Below, piece by piece: positions 23,813-24,877 of a DNA stretch of 24,877 nt. How positions within the stretch are numbered: position 1 is the stretch's first letter; each line of letters begins with the position of its first letter. The notes beneath the pieces are model-generated. The model saw only the letters and a program-made list of their open reading frames with translations. It searched no databases and was not told where the DNA came from. Origin of the DNA: Candidatus Micrarchaeota archaeon (GTDB lineage Archaea > B1Sed10-29 > WALL01 > WAMD01); assembly GCA_027077895.1 (NCBI GenBank), contig JALWQZ010000023.1:1-24877 (forward strand), in the 5' to 3' direction. The translations under genes and the position numbers were made by a program.

Positions 23813-24877
23813 TGATAGATGTAGTTAGGTCTACTATATCATCTACTAAGCATGATTTGGATACTACAAATTCTGATTTAGACAAGATGAGATCTAGGAT
23901 TGATAGCATAGAGCAGAGCCTTGCTGAATGGAATATCCCCCAGATGAAGGCAGAGTTGATGAATCTTAAGAGAGATCTGAATGACCTTAAGGCAAAGTTG
24001 ACGACAGGTGAGGGGAAGGCGCTCGTTGATAACTACTCAAAGAAGGTCAATGATTTAATGAGTGCTTTAAACAATCCATCACCAGATTCTAGTCAAATAA
24101 AGGGAATTGTCCTTGAGTTGAAGGATGAACTTAGGGGTTGGAAAAATAGGATAATGTCAATTAGAGAGGACCTAGATTCGGTTGAATCAGAGGTTAATGA
24201 ATTGAGCAATCAAATCTCTGAGGTTGATACGCTCATGCTAGATGTGAATGATCTCTCAACATCTCTGAATAAAGTGTTAGACAAGATGATAGACTTGGAG
24301 AAGAGGTTAGCATCTGTTGAAAAGACTCAGGAGAAGGTTCTGGAATTTGAGAAGGAGTTAATGTCTTCTAGGCCTAGTCCACCCGAGAAGATGCTGGTTA
24401 ACTCTGTAGATGATAAAGACATTAAGGAGATACGAGCAAAACTCTCTGCAATAGGGAAGAGGTTGTCCAACCCACCAAAGCAGTTAGATGAAAATTTGGC
24501 GAGTAAGCAAAAACCCAAGCCTACACCCAGTACGGTCAAACCGCATGATGGTGGAAATTTCCCCATTGTTGAAGAGATAGATGTGGGAGGCACTACAAAG
24601 CAGTTTGCCAAAAATAACTATGACTATGCAAGCGAAATTAACCAATTATTGGATAACATCAAGGCCACTGATCCAAAGAAGTGGAGTTTGTACAAGGATG
24701 ACTTGATAAAGGCTCTTAGCAAGGCATTGGATGATACTAGAAAGATGGTTTCTAGGGCGAAGCCCCAAAACACGAATACACTCACGCTTATGTTGTCAAA
24801 GGCTGAACTTGGAATTGTTTCACTTGGAGCAATATTTGACCTTGGTGACTACTCGAAGATAGAGAACATAGTGAAAA
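23812..24877 (+). CDS. Hypothetical long coiled-coil protein, 5' partial (>355 aa; runs off the window)
   Basis: Open frame from ATG 23812 (RBS GGAGGAGGAT) to the window end, with no stop. Heptad-rich sequence with repeated D/E-x-x-L segments. Missing from the ORF track because it lacks a stop codon. Confidence 0.5.
   Translation, partial: MIDVVRSTISSTKHDLDTTNSDLDKMRSRIDSIEQSLAEWNIPQMKAELMNLKRDLNDLKAKLTTGEGKALVDNYSKKVNDLMSALNNPSPDSSQIKGIVLELKDELRGWKNRIMSIREDLDSVESEVNELSNQISEVDTLMLDVNDLSTSLNKVLDKMIDLEKRLASVEKTQEKVLEFEKELMSSRPSPPEKMLVNSVDDKDIKEIRAKLSAIGKRLSNPPKQLDENLASKQKPKPTPSTVKPHDGGNFPIVEEIDVGGTTKQFAKNNYDYASEINQLLDNIKATDPKKWSLYKDDLIKALSKALDDTRKMVSRAKPQNTNTLTLMLSKAELGIVSLGAIFDLGDYSKIENIVK

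Noticed and set aside
1-24877. CRISPR arrays, rRNA, tRNA, transposase/integrase genes, large direct or inverted repeats
   Set aside because: No regularly spaced repeats, no tRNA-like T-loop (GTTCGA/GTTCAA + CCA-adjacent stem) in intergenic DNA, no recombinase motifs. The window appears to be stable core chromosome.

Overview
This looks like an archaeal chromosomal segment (about 42% GC, frequent GTG/TTG starts, many ATGA/TAATG start-stop overlaps, TATA boxes about 25 nt upstream of leaderless starts). Most of it is conserved housekeeping genes. The core is the classic archaeal exosome / proteasome / RNase P superoperon (15019-23092, + strand): L15e, COG1325/DUF54-like RNA-binding protein, Rpp1, Pop5, proteasome alpha, SBDS, Rrp4, Rrp41, Rrp42, L37ae, RpoP (a 43-aa ORF the six-frame track omits), Brix, Pcc1, prefoldin beta. 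A DHH/DHHA1 phosphoesterase is translationally coupled to its end. Upstream lie Csl4-RpoL-DUF99-signal peptidase, a membrane/envelope cluster (transglutaminase-like surface protein, DUF373-like membrane protein, stomatin plus a small membrane protein, SpoIIM-like protein), archaeal LonB, a Trm11-like THUMP methyltransferase, RFC large subunit, L10e and Dph2. The findings that the ORF track does not explain are: (1) a textbook C/D box sRNA (C, D', C', D boxes, two 12-nt guides, terminal stem) in the convergent gap between lon and the transglutaminase gene; (2) a two-domain protein with a NifX/NifB-type cluster-binding domain and an unknown C-terminal domain next to RFC; (3) a separately promoted pair of acidic coiled-coil proteins of unknown function after the superoperon; (4) a 313-bp unexplained divergent intergenic region; (5) a partial ORF at the left edge ending in a PGF-CTERM-like sorting signal. 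No CRISPR array, rRNA, tRNA or obvious mobile element was seen. All homology calls rest on motif recognition from memory, not on searches.
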